Source of the DNA: Candidatus Methylomirabilia bacterium | GTDB lineage: Bacteria; Methylomirabilota; Methylomirabilia; Rokubacteriales; CSP1-6 | Length of the DNA: 15,980 nt | Direction: 5' to 3' | NCBI GenBank assembly: GCA_041497895.1 | Contig: JBGQHJ010000115.1 | Coordinates: forward strand, 1-15,980 | Shown here: positions 1 to 8,003 of the stretch, piece by piece | Layout: every line of letters starts with the position of its first letter | Position numbering within the stretch: position 1 is the stretch's first letter | Made by a program: the position numbers and the translations under genes | The notes under the pieces: model-generated | Told to the model about the DNA's origin: nothing | What the model saw: only the letters and a program-made list of their open reading frames with translations | Database searches by the model: none

Positions 1-165
1 ATCCCGATCCATCGGGATCGGCCGCCCCTGCGGCGCGTGGGCCGCCGCATCACCCTCGAGTTCGTCCAGCAACCCGCATCTCGGGCAGTCCTCGACCGCA
101 TCGCCCGCCGCATCCGCGGCCATCTCGTGGGCGCACGAACGCCCGCGGGTGAGAACCCGCTGTGA
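1..165 (+). CDS. 3' end of a truncated CDS, unknown product
   Basis: Frame 1 is open from base 1 (IPIHRDRPPLRRVGRRITLEFVQQPASRAVLDRIARRIRGHLVGARTPAGENPL) to TGA at 163-165, 36 nt before the next gene. No family recognised. Confidence 0.5.
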   Translation: MPIHRDRPPLRRVGRRITLEFVQQPASRAVLDRIARRIRGHLVGARTPAGENPL

Positions 166-201
166 CAAGGCAGACCCCAGGCAGGGGCGGAGGAGACTTC
201 G

Positions 202-1017
202 ATGACACAGGATCTCGTGACGTACGCCGTCGATGGCGCGATTGGCATCGTGACGCTCAACCGTGGAGACAAGCTCAACGCGATCAGCCCCGAGCTCAAG
301 CGGAGGCTCATCGAGCGTCTGCACGAGGCTGACCGCGATCCGGCCACGAGCGTGGTGGTGCTGCGGGCCGAGGGGCGGTCGTTCTCTGCCGGATACGACA
401 TCAGCCCCAATCCCGCGCGCGCGGCGCGCAAGGGCAACGCGCTGGCCTGGCACGAGTCGCTTACCGACGATGTCGCCCTGGAGATGACACCGTGGGACAT
501 GCGCAAGCCCGTGATCGCCTCAGTGCAGGGCCACTGTCTCGGCGGCGCCTGCGAACTCGTGATGATGTGCGACATCACGATCGCGGCCGACGACGCGCAG
601 TTCGGTGAGCCGGAGATCCGGTTCTCCAACGTGGGGCCCGCGCTGATCATGCCGTTCATCATCGGCTTCAAGCGCGCTCGGGAGATCCTCTACCTGGGCG
701 ACCCGATCGACGCGCAGACCGCGCTCGCGTACGGGATGGTGAACCGGGTGGTGCCGCGCGCCGACCTCGAGGCCGCGACGCTCAAGTTCGCCCGCCGCAT
801 GGCGCTCATGTCGCCGGAGGCCCTGATGGCCACCAAGCTCGCCATCAACCGCGGCGCCGACGCGGCCGGCTTCCGCAACGCGATCCGGAGCGGCCTCGAC
901 GTGCTGGCCGGGCTCTACGCCGCGCGCACCGAGGTCGGCACGAAGTTCGACGAGCTCCGTGAGAAGGACGGGCTCGGCGCCGCGCTTCGGTGGCGAGCGG
1001 AGCAGTTCAAGGAGTAG
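202..1017 (+). CDS. Enoyl-CoA hydratase/isomerase (crotonase superfamily)
   Basis: Crotonase motifs LNRGDKLNAIS, FSAGYDI, VQGHCLGGACEL and FGEPEIR. SD GGAGGAG lies just upstream. Confidence 0.95.
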   Translation: MTQDLVTYAVDGAIGIVTLNRGDKLNAISPELKRRLIERLHEADRDPATSVVVLRAEGRSFSAGYDISPNPARAARKGNALAWHESLTDDVALEMTPWDMRKPVIASVQGHCLGGACELVMMCDITIAADDAQFGEPEIRFSNVGPALIMPFIIGFKRAREILYLGDPIDAQTALAYGMVNRVVPRADLEAATLKFARRMALMSPEALMATKLAINRGADAAGFRNAIRSGLDVLAGLYAARTEVGTKFDELREKDGLGAALRWRAEQFKE

Positions 1018-1135
1018 CCGGGGTGGACCGGCGCGCATTCATCGGCACGGGGGCGGGTAGCCACCTGACGCGCTGAGTCGATCGGGGAATGATCGCGGCC
1101 CCCGGCCCGTCTCATGATCCAAGGAGGTGCGCATC

Positions 1136-1249
1136 ATGCGCTATCTGAGGATCGCGTTGCTGCTGTTGGCGGTCACGGTTGGAACTCAAGCTTGCATCGT
1201 CCCGGTGCCGGTCGGCCCCGGCTGGCCCCATCACCACGGCTGGCGCTAG
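1136..1249 (+). CDS. Small putative lipoprotein, 37 aa (MRYLRIALLLLAVTVGTQACIVPVPVGPGWPHHHGWR)
   Basis: Perfect SD AAGGAGGT at 1121-1128, ATG at 1136, TAG at 1247-1249. Basic n-region, hydrophobic h-region and lipobox-like TQA-C. Not in the ORF track. Confidence 0.75.
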   Translation: MRYLRIALLLLAVTVGTQACIVPVPVGPGWPHHHGWR

Positions 1250-1274
1250 GCAGACGGTGTGAGCCGGTAATTAC

Positions 1275-1319
1275 GCCCGAGGGGGAGGGGCTGCCCTCCA
1301 GCGGTCGCCCCCCTCGGGC
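1275..1319. terminator. GC-rich stem-loop between convergent genes, probable bidirectional terminator
   Basis: GCCCGAGGGGG (1275-1285) pairs with CCCCCTCGGGC (1309-1319), between the small ORF stop and the napB stop. No strong U-tract. Confidence 0.6.
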
Positions 1320-1323
1320 TCGT

Positions 1324-1767
1324 TCACGGTCGGAAGCGGTTTCCCATCAAGCTCGGCGCGTCGGTCCGACCCGCGTGACAGGACACGCAGACATAGCGCG
1401 CCCCCGCCAGCTTGTCACCCACGCGGTCGGGGGCGAGGCGGAAGTCGGTGTAGTGGCTCGCCGGGATGGGCGTCGGCTCGCCCGGCTTCTTCTCCTTCAC
1501 CCGATGGCAGTCGAGGCAGGCGTTCTGGGTGAGCGTGATGGGAAGGAAGTCGGCCACCGCGTGCGGGGGCTGGGGCGGCGCGATGAGGTAGGGACGCGGC
1601 ACGAGGGGGCCCTCGCCGGGGGCGCGCTCGTTGGGTTTCACCGCCGGTGGGGTTGGCACGTCGAACACGCTGCCCTTCGAGAGGCCGAGCTCGGTGTCCG
1701 CGATCGGCGCGCTCGTGCAGCCGGCCGCCAGCACGGCGACGAGAGACAGGACGACGGTGGTCTTCAT
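1324..1767 (-). CDS. napB: Periplasmic nitrate reductase diheme cytochrome c subunit, lipoprotein type (147 aa)
   Basis: C-terminal part of track ORF 1324..4287, true start MKTTVVLSLVAVLAAGC. Two CxxCH motifs (CLDCH, CVSCH), NapB-type APPQPPH, PTPIPASHY and ARYVCVSCH. Starts 14 nt after the napA stop. Confidence 0.92.
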   Translation of the reverse strand: MKTTVVLSLVAVLAAGCTSAPIADTELGLSKGSVFDVPTPPAVKPNERAPGEGPLVPRPYLIAPPQPPHAVADFLPITLTQNACLDCHRVKEKKPGEPTPIPASHYTDFRLAPDRVGDKLAGARYVCVSCHAGRTDAPSLMGNRFRP

Positions 1768-1781
1768 GGCTCCACCCTCGC

Positions 1782-4523
1782 TCACGCCTTCGTGACCTTG
1801 ACCGCGCACTTCTTGAAGTCCGTCTGCTTGGAGATCGGGCAGGTCGCGTCGAGGGTCACCTTGTTGATGAAGACGCCCTCGTCGAACCACGGCACGAACA
1901 CGAGACCGCGCGGCATGCGGTTGCGGCCGCCGGTCTCGACGCGGGCCTTGACCTTGCCGCGCCGGGACTCGATCCATGCGAGGTCGTCCTGCTGGAGGTC
2001 CCGCGCCTCGGCGTCCTTGGGATGGATGAACACGAGGGCCTCCGGCACCGCGCTGTGCAGCGCCGGCACCCGGCGCGTCATGCTGCCCGAGTGCCAGTGC
2101 TCGAGCACGCGGCCGGTGCAGAGCCAGAGATCGAAGACCGCGTCGGGGCTCTCGGCCGGGGCCGCGTACGGCCGATAGAAGATCTTGGCCTTGCCGGCGA
2201 GTGAGATCGGCTCGGGCTTCGTGACCCGGTCCAGATCGCCCGAGGGCAGGGCCTTCATGGCGTCTCCGTAGAAGTCGATGCCGCTGCCCTTGCGCGCGTA
2301 GGGGTCGTACTGCTCGTTGAAGCGCCAGGGGGTCTCCTTGCCGTTCACCACCGGCCAGCGCAGGCCGCGCGTGTCGTCGCGGAAGTAGACGTCGAAGGGC
2401 GCGAGGTCGTGGCCGTGGCCTCGACCGAAGCGCGCGTAGTCCTCGAAGAGGGCCTTCTCCGGAAACCAGTCGATGCCGGCGTGGGTGACGGTGTGGTTGT
2501 CGTGTCCCTGCGCGACCGGGTCGGGCCACTTGAACCGCCGGTTCTCCGAGGTGGCGAAGAGGACGTCGTAGAGGGTGTGCGCGCGCCGGTAGCCCATCCG
2601 CTCGGCCTCCGGAAGGACGTCCGGCAGGGCGCCGTCGTCGAAGCCCGCGGCCTTGAGGCCGGGCACCGGCTGCCGGCCCCAGACGTCGGCGAGCGTGAAG
2701 CGCTTCGAGAACTCCATCATCTGCCACACGTCGCTGCGCGCGTCGCCCGGCGGGGCCACCTGCTCGCGCCACAGCTGGGTGCGCCGCTCCGAGTTGCCGT
2801 AGCCGCCCCACTTCTCGAAGATCATGGCCGAGGGGAGGATGAGGTCCGCCACCTTGCACGAGAGCGTCGGGTAGGCGTCGGAGACGACGATGAAGGAGTC
2901 GTTCTCTCGCGCGGCGTGGATCCAGTGGTTGGCGTTGGCGGTGGACTGGAAGGGATTGGTGACCTGCACCCACAGCCACTTCACCTTGCCGTCCTCGAGG
3001 TCCCGCATCATCTCGGTGATGTGGCTGCCCACCTTGGGGTTGAGGGTGTTCGCGGGCAGCTTCCAGAGCTTCTCGGAGACGGTCCGGTGCGCCGGGTTGT
3101 CGACCATCATGTCCGCCGGCAGACGGTGCGAAAACGTCCCGACCTCGCGCGCGGTGCCGCAGGCCGACGGTTGCCCGGTGAGCGAGAAGGCGCCGTTGCC
3201 GGGCTTGGCCTGCTTGCCGGTGAGCAGGTGGACCATGTAGGCCTGCTCGTTCACCCACGTGCCGCGGGTATGCTGGTTGAAGCCCATGGTCCAGTACGAG
3301 ACCACCTTGCGACTCGCGCTCGCGTACTGGTCGGCGAGCGCCGCGAGCTTGGCCTTGTAGGCCTCGAGCGGCTCGTCGCGATCGCCGCGGGAGAGCTCGG
3401 CCACGAAGTCGAGGGTGTAGGGCTCGAGCGCCTTCTTGAAGTCCTCGAACGAGATGAGCCAGTGGGCGCCCGCCCGCGCGGCGGCCTCCTGTCGGCGCTC
3501 GTGGCGGGCCGACGGGTCGAGCCGTCGCGCGATCGCCTCCTCGCGGGTCAGCACCACTACCCGCTCGCGCCCCTGGGTGTCCTGCTCCGCCGGGTAGGCG
3601 AAGGCTCCGGTGTCGCGCATGCCGTAGCCGATGTCCATGGGACCGGCGGCGAAGACGCAGTGCCGCTCGACGAAGGTCTGGTCCACCGCGTTGCGGGCGA
3701 CGATCTCGCGCGCGATGTAGTTCCAGATGGCGAGGTCGGTGTTCGGCTTGAAGACGATCTCGACGTCGGCCCCGTCCGACGACCGGTTCGCGTACACGGT
3801 CAGGTTGAAGACGCGGTACTCGGGCCCGCGCAGGCGCCGGTCGATGATGCGGGCCCAGAGCATGGGATGCATCTCCGCCATGTTGGCGCCCCACAGCACG
3901 ACCGTGTCGGTCAGCTCGATGTCGTCGTAGCAGCCGGCGGGCTCGTCGATGCCGAACGTTTGCATGAAGCCGGCCACCGCCGAGGCCATGCAGTGCCTCG
4001 CGTTGGGATCGAGGTTGTTGGAGCGCCAGCCGGCCTTGGCTAGCTTCACCGCCGCGTAGCCTTCCGGGATGGTGTACTGGCCCGAGCCCATGATCGCGAC
4101 GCCGGTCGGCCCCAGCTCGCGGTGGACGCGCTTCCACTCGCGCTCCATCACGTCGAACGCCTCCGTCCAGCTCACGGGCACGAAGTCGCCCTTCTTGTCG
4201 AAGCGGCCGTCCTTCATCCGGAGCAGTGGGCGGGTGAGGCGGTCGGCTCCGTACTGGATCTGCGGCAGGGCGTAGCCCTTGACGCACAGGAGGCCGCGGT
4301 TCACCGGGCTGGCCGGGTCACCCTTGACCGCGACCACGCGCCCGCGGGCCGTCGCGATCTGGATGCCGCAGCCCACCCCGCAGAAGCGACAGACGCCACG
4401 ATCCCAGTGCCAGTCCTTCGGCTCCTCGGCCCCGAAGATCGGGAGCGGGACGCCGGCCGCGCCCACTGCCGCGGTGGTGAAGCCGGCCTTGAGAAGCTGT
4501 CGGCGTGTCGGCGTCCAGGTCAT
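1782..4523 (-). CDS. napA: Periplasmic nitrate reductase catalytic subunit (Mo-bisPGD, 4Fe-4S)
   Basis: Tat motif [15 protein letters not shown]...C Fe-S motif; NARHCMASA with the Mo-ligand Cys; [17 protein letters not shown]-terminal [26 protein letters not shown] upstream. Confidence 0.97.
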   Translation of the reverse strand: MTWTPTRRQLLKAGFTTAAVGAAGVPLPIFGAEEPKDWHWDRGVCRFCGVGCGIQIATARGRVVAVKGDPASPVNRGLLCVKGYALPQIQYGADRLTRPLLRMKDGRFDKKGDFVPVSWTEAFDVMEREWKRVHRELGPTGVAIMGSGQYTIPEGYAAVKLAKAGWRSNNLDPNARHCMASAVAGFMQTFGIDEPAGCYDDIELTDTVVLWGANMAEMHPMLWARIIDRRLRGPEYRVFNLTVYANRSSDGADVEIVFKPNTDLAIWNYIAREIVARNAVDQTFVERHCVFAAGPMDIGYGMRDTGAFAYPAEQDTQGRERVVVLTREEAIARRLDPSARHERRQEAAARAGAHWLISFEDFKKALEPYTLDFVAELSRGDRDEPLEAYKAKLAALADQYASASRKVVSYWTMGFNQHTRGTWVNEQAYMVHLLTGKQAKPGNGAFSLTGQPSACGTAREVGTFSHRLPADMMVDNPAHRTVSEKLWKLPANTLNPKVGSHITEMMRDLEDGKVKWLWVQVTNPFQSTANANHWIHAARENDSFIVVSDAYPTLSCKVADLILPSAMIFEKWGGYGNSERRTQLWREQVAPPGDARSDVWQMMEFSKRFTLADVWGRQPVPGLKAAGFDDGALPDVLPEAERMGYRRAHTLYDVLFATSENRRFKWPDPVAQGHDNHTVTHAGIDWFPEKALFEDYARFGRGHGHDLAPFDVYFRDDTRGLRWPVVNGKETPWRFNEQYDPYARKGSGIDFYGDAMKALPSGDLDRVTKPEPISLAGKAKIFYRPYAAPAESPDAVFDLWLCTGRVLEHWHSGSMTRRVPALHSAVPEALVFIHPKDAEARDLQQDDLAWIESRRGKVKARVETGGRNRMPRGLVFVPWFDEGVFINKVTLDATCPISKQTDFKKCAVKVTKA

Positions 4524-4557
4524 CCGCGCCTCCTGCCCGGTCCGGAATTGGTCGGCG

Positions 4558-4578
4558 GTGTCACGGGCGACACTAGCA
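4558..4578 (-). promoter_or_regulatory. Candidate napA promoter (extended -10 TGcTAGTGT) overlapped by palindrome GTGTC-N6-GACAC
   Basis: Minus-strand TGCTAGTGT at 4578..4570; inverted repeat at 4558-4562/4569-4573. Confidence 0.35.
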
Positions 4579-4667
4579 CGAAAGGTGCGCGGGGTGTTCT
4601 CTCCAGGCCAGGCCGGTGCGAGAATGCCCCGATCGGTGAGATCACCGCATCAGGAAAGGACGCGACC

Positions 4668-5402
4668 ATGCCCAGCTTTCAACACCACGGCGCCACCATC
4701 TACTACGAGGAGTTCGGCCAGGGGTTCCCGATCCTCACGTTCGCGCCGGCGGGCCTCCAGTCGACCATCGAGGTCTGGAGTCGACCGGCCGCGCCCATCA
4801 ATCCCACGACCGAGCTCGCGGGGGCGTTCCGGGTGATCGCGATGGATCAGCGGAATGCCGGGGGTCGGTCCCGGGGCCCGATCAGCGCGGAGGACGGGTG
4901 GCCCACGTACACCGGCGATCACCTCGCGCTGCTCGATCACCTGCGGATCGAGCGGTGCCACCTCTACGGTCAATGCATCGGGGGGTCCTTCATCCTGAGC
5001 CTGCTGAAGGCCCAGCCCGAGCGCGTGGCCGCCGCGGTGCTCGCCCAGCCGATCGGCCGGGTGGGCGCGATGCCGGCCGGCCGCTCCGCGCGGTTCGAGG
5101 CGTGGGCCGAGACGCTCAAGGACCACCCCGAGGCGACGCCCGAGGTGCTGGACGCTCTCTACCGGAACCTGTACGGGCTTGGATTCGTCTACTGCGTGGA
5201 CCGGACGTTCGTCTCGGCGTGCGCGACCCCGTGCTTGATCCTGGCCGGTAACGACGAGGCCCATCCGTTGGCGATCTCCGAGGAGCTGGCGCGGCTGCTC
5301 CCGAAGTGCGATCTGGTCCGGGAATGGAAGACCGAGCCCGCCCTGACCGCGGCGCGCACGCGGGTCAAGGAGTTCCTGGCGAAGCACACGCCGACGTCAT
5401 AG
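4668..5402 (+). CDS. Alpha/beta-fold hydrolase with Cys at the nucleophile elbow (244 aa)
   Basis: Real start MPSFQHHGATIYYEEFGQGFPIL inside track ORF 4122..5402, SD GAAAGGA. Motifs RVIAMDQRNAG, elbow GQCIGG and ILAGNDEAHP. Confidence 0.9.
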   Translation: MPSFQHHGATIYYEEFGQGFPILTFAPAGLQSTIEVWSRPAAPINPTTELAGAFRVIAMDQRNAGGRSRGPISAEDGWPTYTGDHLALLDHLRIERCHLYGQCIGGSFILSLLKAQPERVAAAVLAQPIGRVGAMPAGRSARFEAWAETLKDHPEATPEVLDALYRNLYGLGFVYCVDRTFVSACATPCLILAGNDEAHPLAISEELARLLPKCDLVREWKTEPALTAARTRVKEFLAKHTPTS

Positions 5403-5404
5403 CG

Positions 5405-5512
5405 TCAGGCGCGTGGCTCCTTGGGCATGACGATCCAGAGCACCAGGTAGCAGAGGATGCCGGGGAACGCGACGGACACGATCGAGACGACCACGTAGAG
5501 CACCCGCACCAC
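5405..5512 (-). pseudogene. C-terminal half of a PspC-domain membrane protein (remnant)
   Basis: Minus frame reads VVRVLYVVVSIVSVAFPGILCYLVLWIVMPKEPRA*, matching the PspC second half (VR...G...Y...W..MP). The N-terminal 'IAGVCGGLAEYF' half is absent. Confidence 0.65.
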
Positions 5513-5549
5513 GGATCCACGAGCCCACGATGACGGCATGGAGGCGGAC

Positions 5550-5876
5550 ATGACGCGAGGATGGTTGGTATTGGTGGCGGTCGTCGCATGGTGGTGGCCG
5601 TCCCTGGCTGCGGCTCAAGAGCGTCCGTACGAGTGGGGATCGGGCATGCACCCGATGTGGGGAGTCTGGGGAATGTGGGGCGTCGGGATGATGCTGCTGA
5701 TGCTCGTCTTCTGGGGCGTGGTCATCGTCGGCTTCATCCTGCTCATCCGGTGGCTGGCGAGCCAGGGCCGGGAGCCGCGCTCGCCCGACGTCGCGCTCGA
5801 CATCCTCCGGCAGCGCTACGCGCGGGGTGACATCTCCAAGGAGGAGTTCGAGGCGAAGAAGCGCGATCTCTCGTGA
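5550..5876 (+). CDS. SHOCT-domain membrane protein with signal peptide and Met/Gly/Trp-rich segment
   Basis: SD GGAGG at 5540-5544 favours ATG 5550. Signal ends AAA-Q, one TM helix, C-terminal ALDILRQRYARGDISKEEFEAKKRDL is a SHOCT motif. Confidence 0.88.
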   Translation: MTRGWLVLVAVVAWWWPSLAAAQERPYEWGSGMHPMWGVWGMWGVGMMLLMLVFWGVVIVGFILLIRWLASQGREPRSPDVALDILRQRYARGDISKEEFEAKKRDLS

Positions 5877-5882
5877 ACCGAT

Positions 5883-5901
5883 AGCCCGGCGCGTCCGGGC
5901 T
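5883..5901. terminator. Short hairpin between convergent SHOCT and VOC genes
   Basis: AGCCCGG-CGCGT-CCGGGCT, a 7-bp stem. Confidence 0.45.
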
Positions 5902-5905
5902 CTGC

Positions 5906-6409
5906 TCAGCCGCGACGCGGCAGGCTCTGGCCCTTGACCGGGTTCGCGATCGCCTCTTCCAGGGTCTTCGCGGGTCGCCACTCGGCGGCCGGGCGGACGG
6001 CGCCCTCGGTGCCGACCTGGTCGATGTTCCAGTAGATCTCGAGGTTGTTGCCGTCGGGGTCCTTGAACTCGATGGCGATCTGGCAGCCGGCGCGGCGCCG
6101 GCCCTCGAAGTGGATCGGGACCGCCCGGTCGGCGAGCCACTCGCGGGCCCGGAAGACCTCGTCGACCGAGCCCACCTCGAAGGCGAAGTGGTTGAGGCTG
6201 GTGCGCTCGCTCTTCGCGGCGCCTCCGACGAGGGCGACGCCGTGGTGGTCGGTGTTGACGCGGAGGAAGACCATGCCGCCGGGCACCATGGTGTCGGGGT
6301 AGCGGTCGCTCACCTCGAGGCCGAGGATGCCGGTGTAGAAGGCCACCGCGCGCTCGAGGTCCGTCACGTTGAGCACGACGTGGCCGATCTTGCGGAGCTG
6401 GAATTGCAT
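5906..6409 (-). CDS. VOC family protein (glyoxalase/extradiol dioxygenase-like single domain)
   Basis: KIGHVVLNVTDLERAVAFYTGILG, DHHGVAL, LNHFAFEV and FKDPDGNNLEI motifs. Confidence 0.92.
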   Translation of the reverse strand: MQFQLRKIGHVVLNVTDLERAVAFYTGILGLEVSDRYPDTMVPGGMVFLRVNTDHHGVALVGGAAKSERTSLNHFAFEVGSVDEVFRAREWLADRAVPIHFEGRRRAGCQIAIEFKDPDGNNLEIYWNIDQVGTEGAVRPAAEWRPAKTLEEAIANPVKGQSLPRRG

Positions 6410-6415
6410 CGCGCG

Positions 6416-6691
6416 TCAGTATACCGCGGGAACCGGGCCGCGCAGCGGGGCGCGGGGGACCGGGATCGGCGCCCCGCTCTCCCAGAGCGCGGCGAGGACG
6501 CGGCGTCGCTCCAGGTCGAGCCGCCCGAGGGCCTCCACCGCCGAGGGAGCCTCGGCCGCACAGCCCGGGAGCTCGGGGTGCTCGGCGCGCCGTATCCACC
6601 CTCCGTCGCGCTCGACCGTCTCCAGGACGAGCAGGTAGGGCACCGCCTCGTAGTAGTCGAGCCCGGGCCGCGTGTCGCTCTCCGCGCTCAC
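6416..6691 (-). CDS. Small HicB-like (antitoxin N-terminal fold) protein, 91 aa, no partner toxin
   Basis: GTG start overlaps the Rieske stop (GTGA). YLLVLETVERDGGWIRRAEHPELPGCAAEAPSAVEALGRL...GAPIPVP fits the HicB pattern (P-E-L-P-G-C...EA...G.PIP). Confidence 0.75.
   Translation of the reverse strand: MSAESDTRPGLDYYEAVPYLLVLETVERDGGWIRRAEHPELPGCAAEAPSAVEALGRLDLERRRVLAALWESGAPIPVPRAPLRGPVPAVY
6418..6423 (-). promoter_or_regulatory. -10 box TATACT 8 nt before the VOC ATG (possible leaderless promoter)
   Basis: Minus strand reads GGTATACTgacgcgcgATG with no SD. Confidence 0.5.
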
Positions 6692-7989
6692 ACGAAGGGG
6701 ATCCAGGCGATCGGCACGCCCGCGTCGGACTGCCGCGCCTTCTCGGTGGCCGCGATCCAGCTCGCGCCGTCCGGCAGCAGGGCGGAGGCCGGCCGCACCC
6801 GGCAGAGCTTCGGGTCGTCGACGTTCGGGGGCACGGTGTTCTGATCGCGCAGGGCCCGGGCCGCGTCGATCAGGCGGCGCCGGACGTGGATCACCATGGC
6901 GTCGGTCGTGCCCAGGTGCTCCTGGGTCCGGTCGTAGATCGGCCCCATGGTCTCGGTCATCGCGCGATCCTGCAGGTTGACCAGGAACGGGATGCCGATG
7001 GTCAGCTCCTTCTGCAGCTCGTAGTCGACCAGGTAGTCGTTGTGGAGATTCGCCCGGGTGTAGAAGCGCCGGTACGGATCGCCGTCCGCCTCGACGTAGC
7101 CGCCCCACGTCGCGAACGGATCGCGCACCTGCCGCCGCTCCTCCTCGGTGACCGGCCGATCGAGGCGCGCGCGCATCACGAACTGGAGGTTGTGGTGGTC
7201 GTCGAGGGGGATCCACGCCCGGGCGGACACGATGTGGGGGTCGCTGGCCGCGATCATCGAGTAGAACGGGAGGATGAACTGGGTGACGCGGTGCCAGTAG
7301 AGCCCGTCGGTGTCGGCCCGGCGGCGGGCCGAGTAGCACGCCCCGTAGTCGGTCGGCAGGATCTCGAGACGCGGCCGCTTGTCGCGGTGATAGGTCCCGC
7401 GTTGCTTGGTGTCGGGGCTGCGCTTGGCGTGGACGAAGTCGATGTGGGAGGAGTCGATGTCGCCCTCCAGGGCCTGCACCCAGTTGCACTCCTCCAGCAT
7501 CATCAGCGGCGGGTAGACGTGGTCCGCCGGGAGGGTGTTGATCTCGAAGGCGGGCAGGGCCGGGGGAGTCTCGCGCGGCCCCAGGTAGGTCCAGATCACG
7601 CCGTTGACGTCGCGGCACGGGTAGGCCCGGGCGCGGATCCGGTCCTTGAAGGTGCTTTCCTCGGGCTCGTTGGGCATGTCGACGCAGCGGCCGGCCACGT
7701 CGAACTTCCAGCCGTGGTACGAGCAGCGCAGGCCGCACTCCTCGTTGCGTCCGAAGAAGAGCGAGGCCCCGCGATGCGGGCAGTTGGCCGCGATCAGCCC
7801 CACGTCGCCCCGCGAGTCGCGGAACGCGATCAGGTCCTCGCCGAGCAGGCGCACCTTCTTCGGCGGGCCATCCGGCGCGGGCAGCTCGCTCGAGGGCAGG
7901 CAGGGCATCCAGTAGTGGCGGAGCAGGTCGCCCATCGGGGTGCCGCGGCCGACCCGGCACAGGAGCTCGTTGTCCTCTCTCGAGAGCAT
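6688..7989 (-). CDS. Rieske non-heme iron oxygenase alpha subunit (phthalate 4,5-dioxygenase/LigXa-like), 433 aa
   Basis: True start MLSREDNELLCRVGRGTPMG after SD GAGGAGGA. Rieske CPH...CSYH; mononuclear Fe site EGDIDSSHIDFVH...QDRAM. Confidence 0.95.
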   Translation of the reverse strand: MLSREDNELLCRVGRGTPMGDLLRHYWMPCLPSSELPAPDGPPKKVRLLGEDLIAFRDSRGDVGLIAANCPHRGASLFFGRNEECGLRCSYHGWKFDVAGRCVDMPNEPEESTFKDRIRARAYPCRDVNGVIWTYLGPRETPPALPAFEINTLPADHVYPPLMMLEECNWVQALEGDIDSSHIDFVHAKRSPDTKQRGTYHRDKRPRLEILPTDYGACYSARRRADTDGLYWHRVTQFILPFYSMIAASDPHIVSARAWIPLDDHHNLQFVMRARLDRPVTEEERRQVRDPFATWGGYVEADGDPYRRFYTRANLHNDYLVDYELQKELTIGIPFLVNLQDRAMTETMGPIYDRTQEHLGTTDAMVIHVRRRLIDAARALRDQNTVPPNVDDPKLCRVRPASALLPDGASWIAATEKARQSDAGVPIAWIPFV

Positions 7990-8003
7990 CGGGGGTCCTC
8001 CTC

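Noticed and set aside
2409..4043. Long antisense ORFs (2409..4043, 6886..8058, 9399..10607, 1114..2178 and others)
   Set aside because: Shadow ORFs opposite well-supported genes, expected from high-GC codon bias, with no motifs.
1324..4287. 987-aa minus ORF as one giant protein or NapA-NapB fusion
   Set aside because: The upstream ~840 aa are Arg/Gly/Pro-rich off-frame read-through overlapping napA. Only 1324-1767 (napB) is real, and napA has its own stop.
4122..4667. N-terminal extensions of track ORFs (hydrolase, SYLF, SorB, amidohydrolase, Crp, DUF2249)
   Set aside because: They overlap other genes and are low-complexity. Internal starts with an SD or translational coupling fit better.
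6416..6691. Functional HicAB toxin-antitoxin module
   Set aside because: No HicA-like ORF is adjacent on either side.
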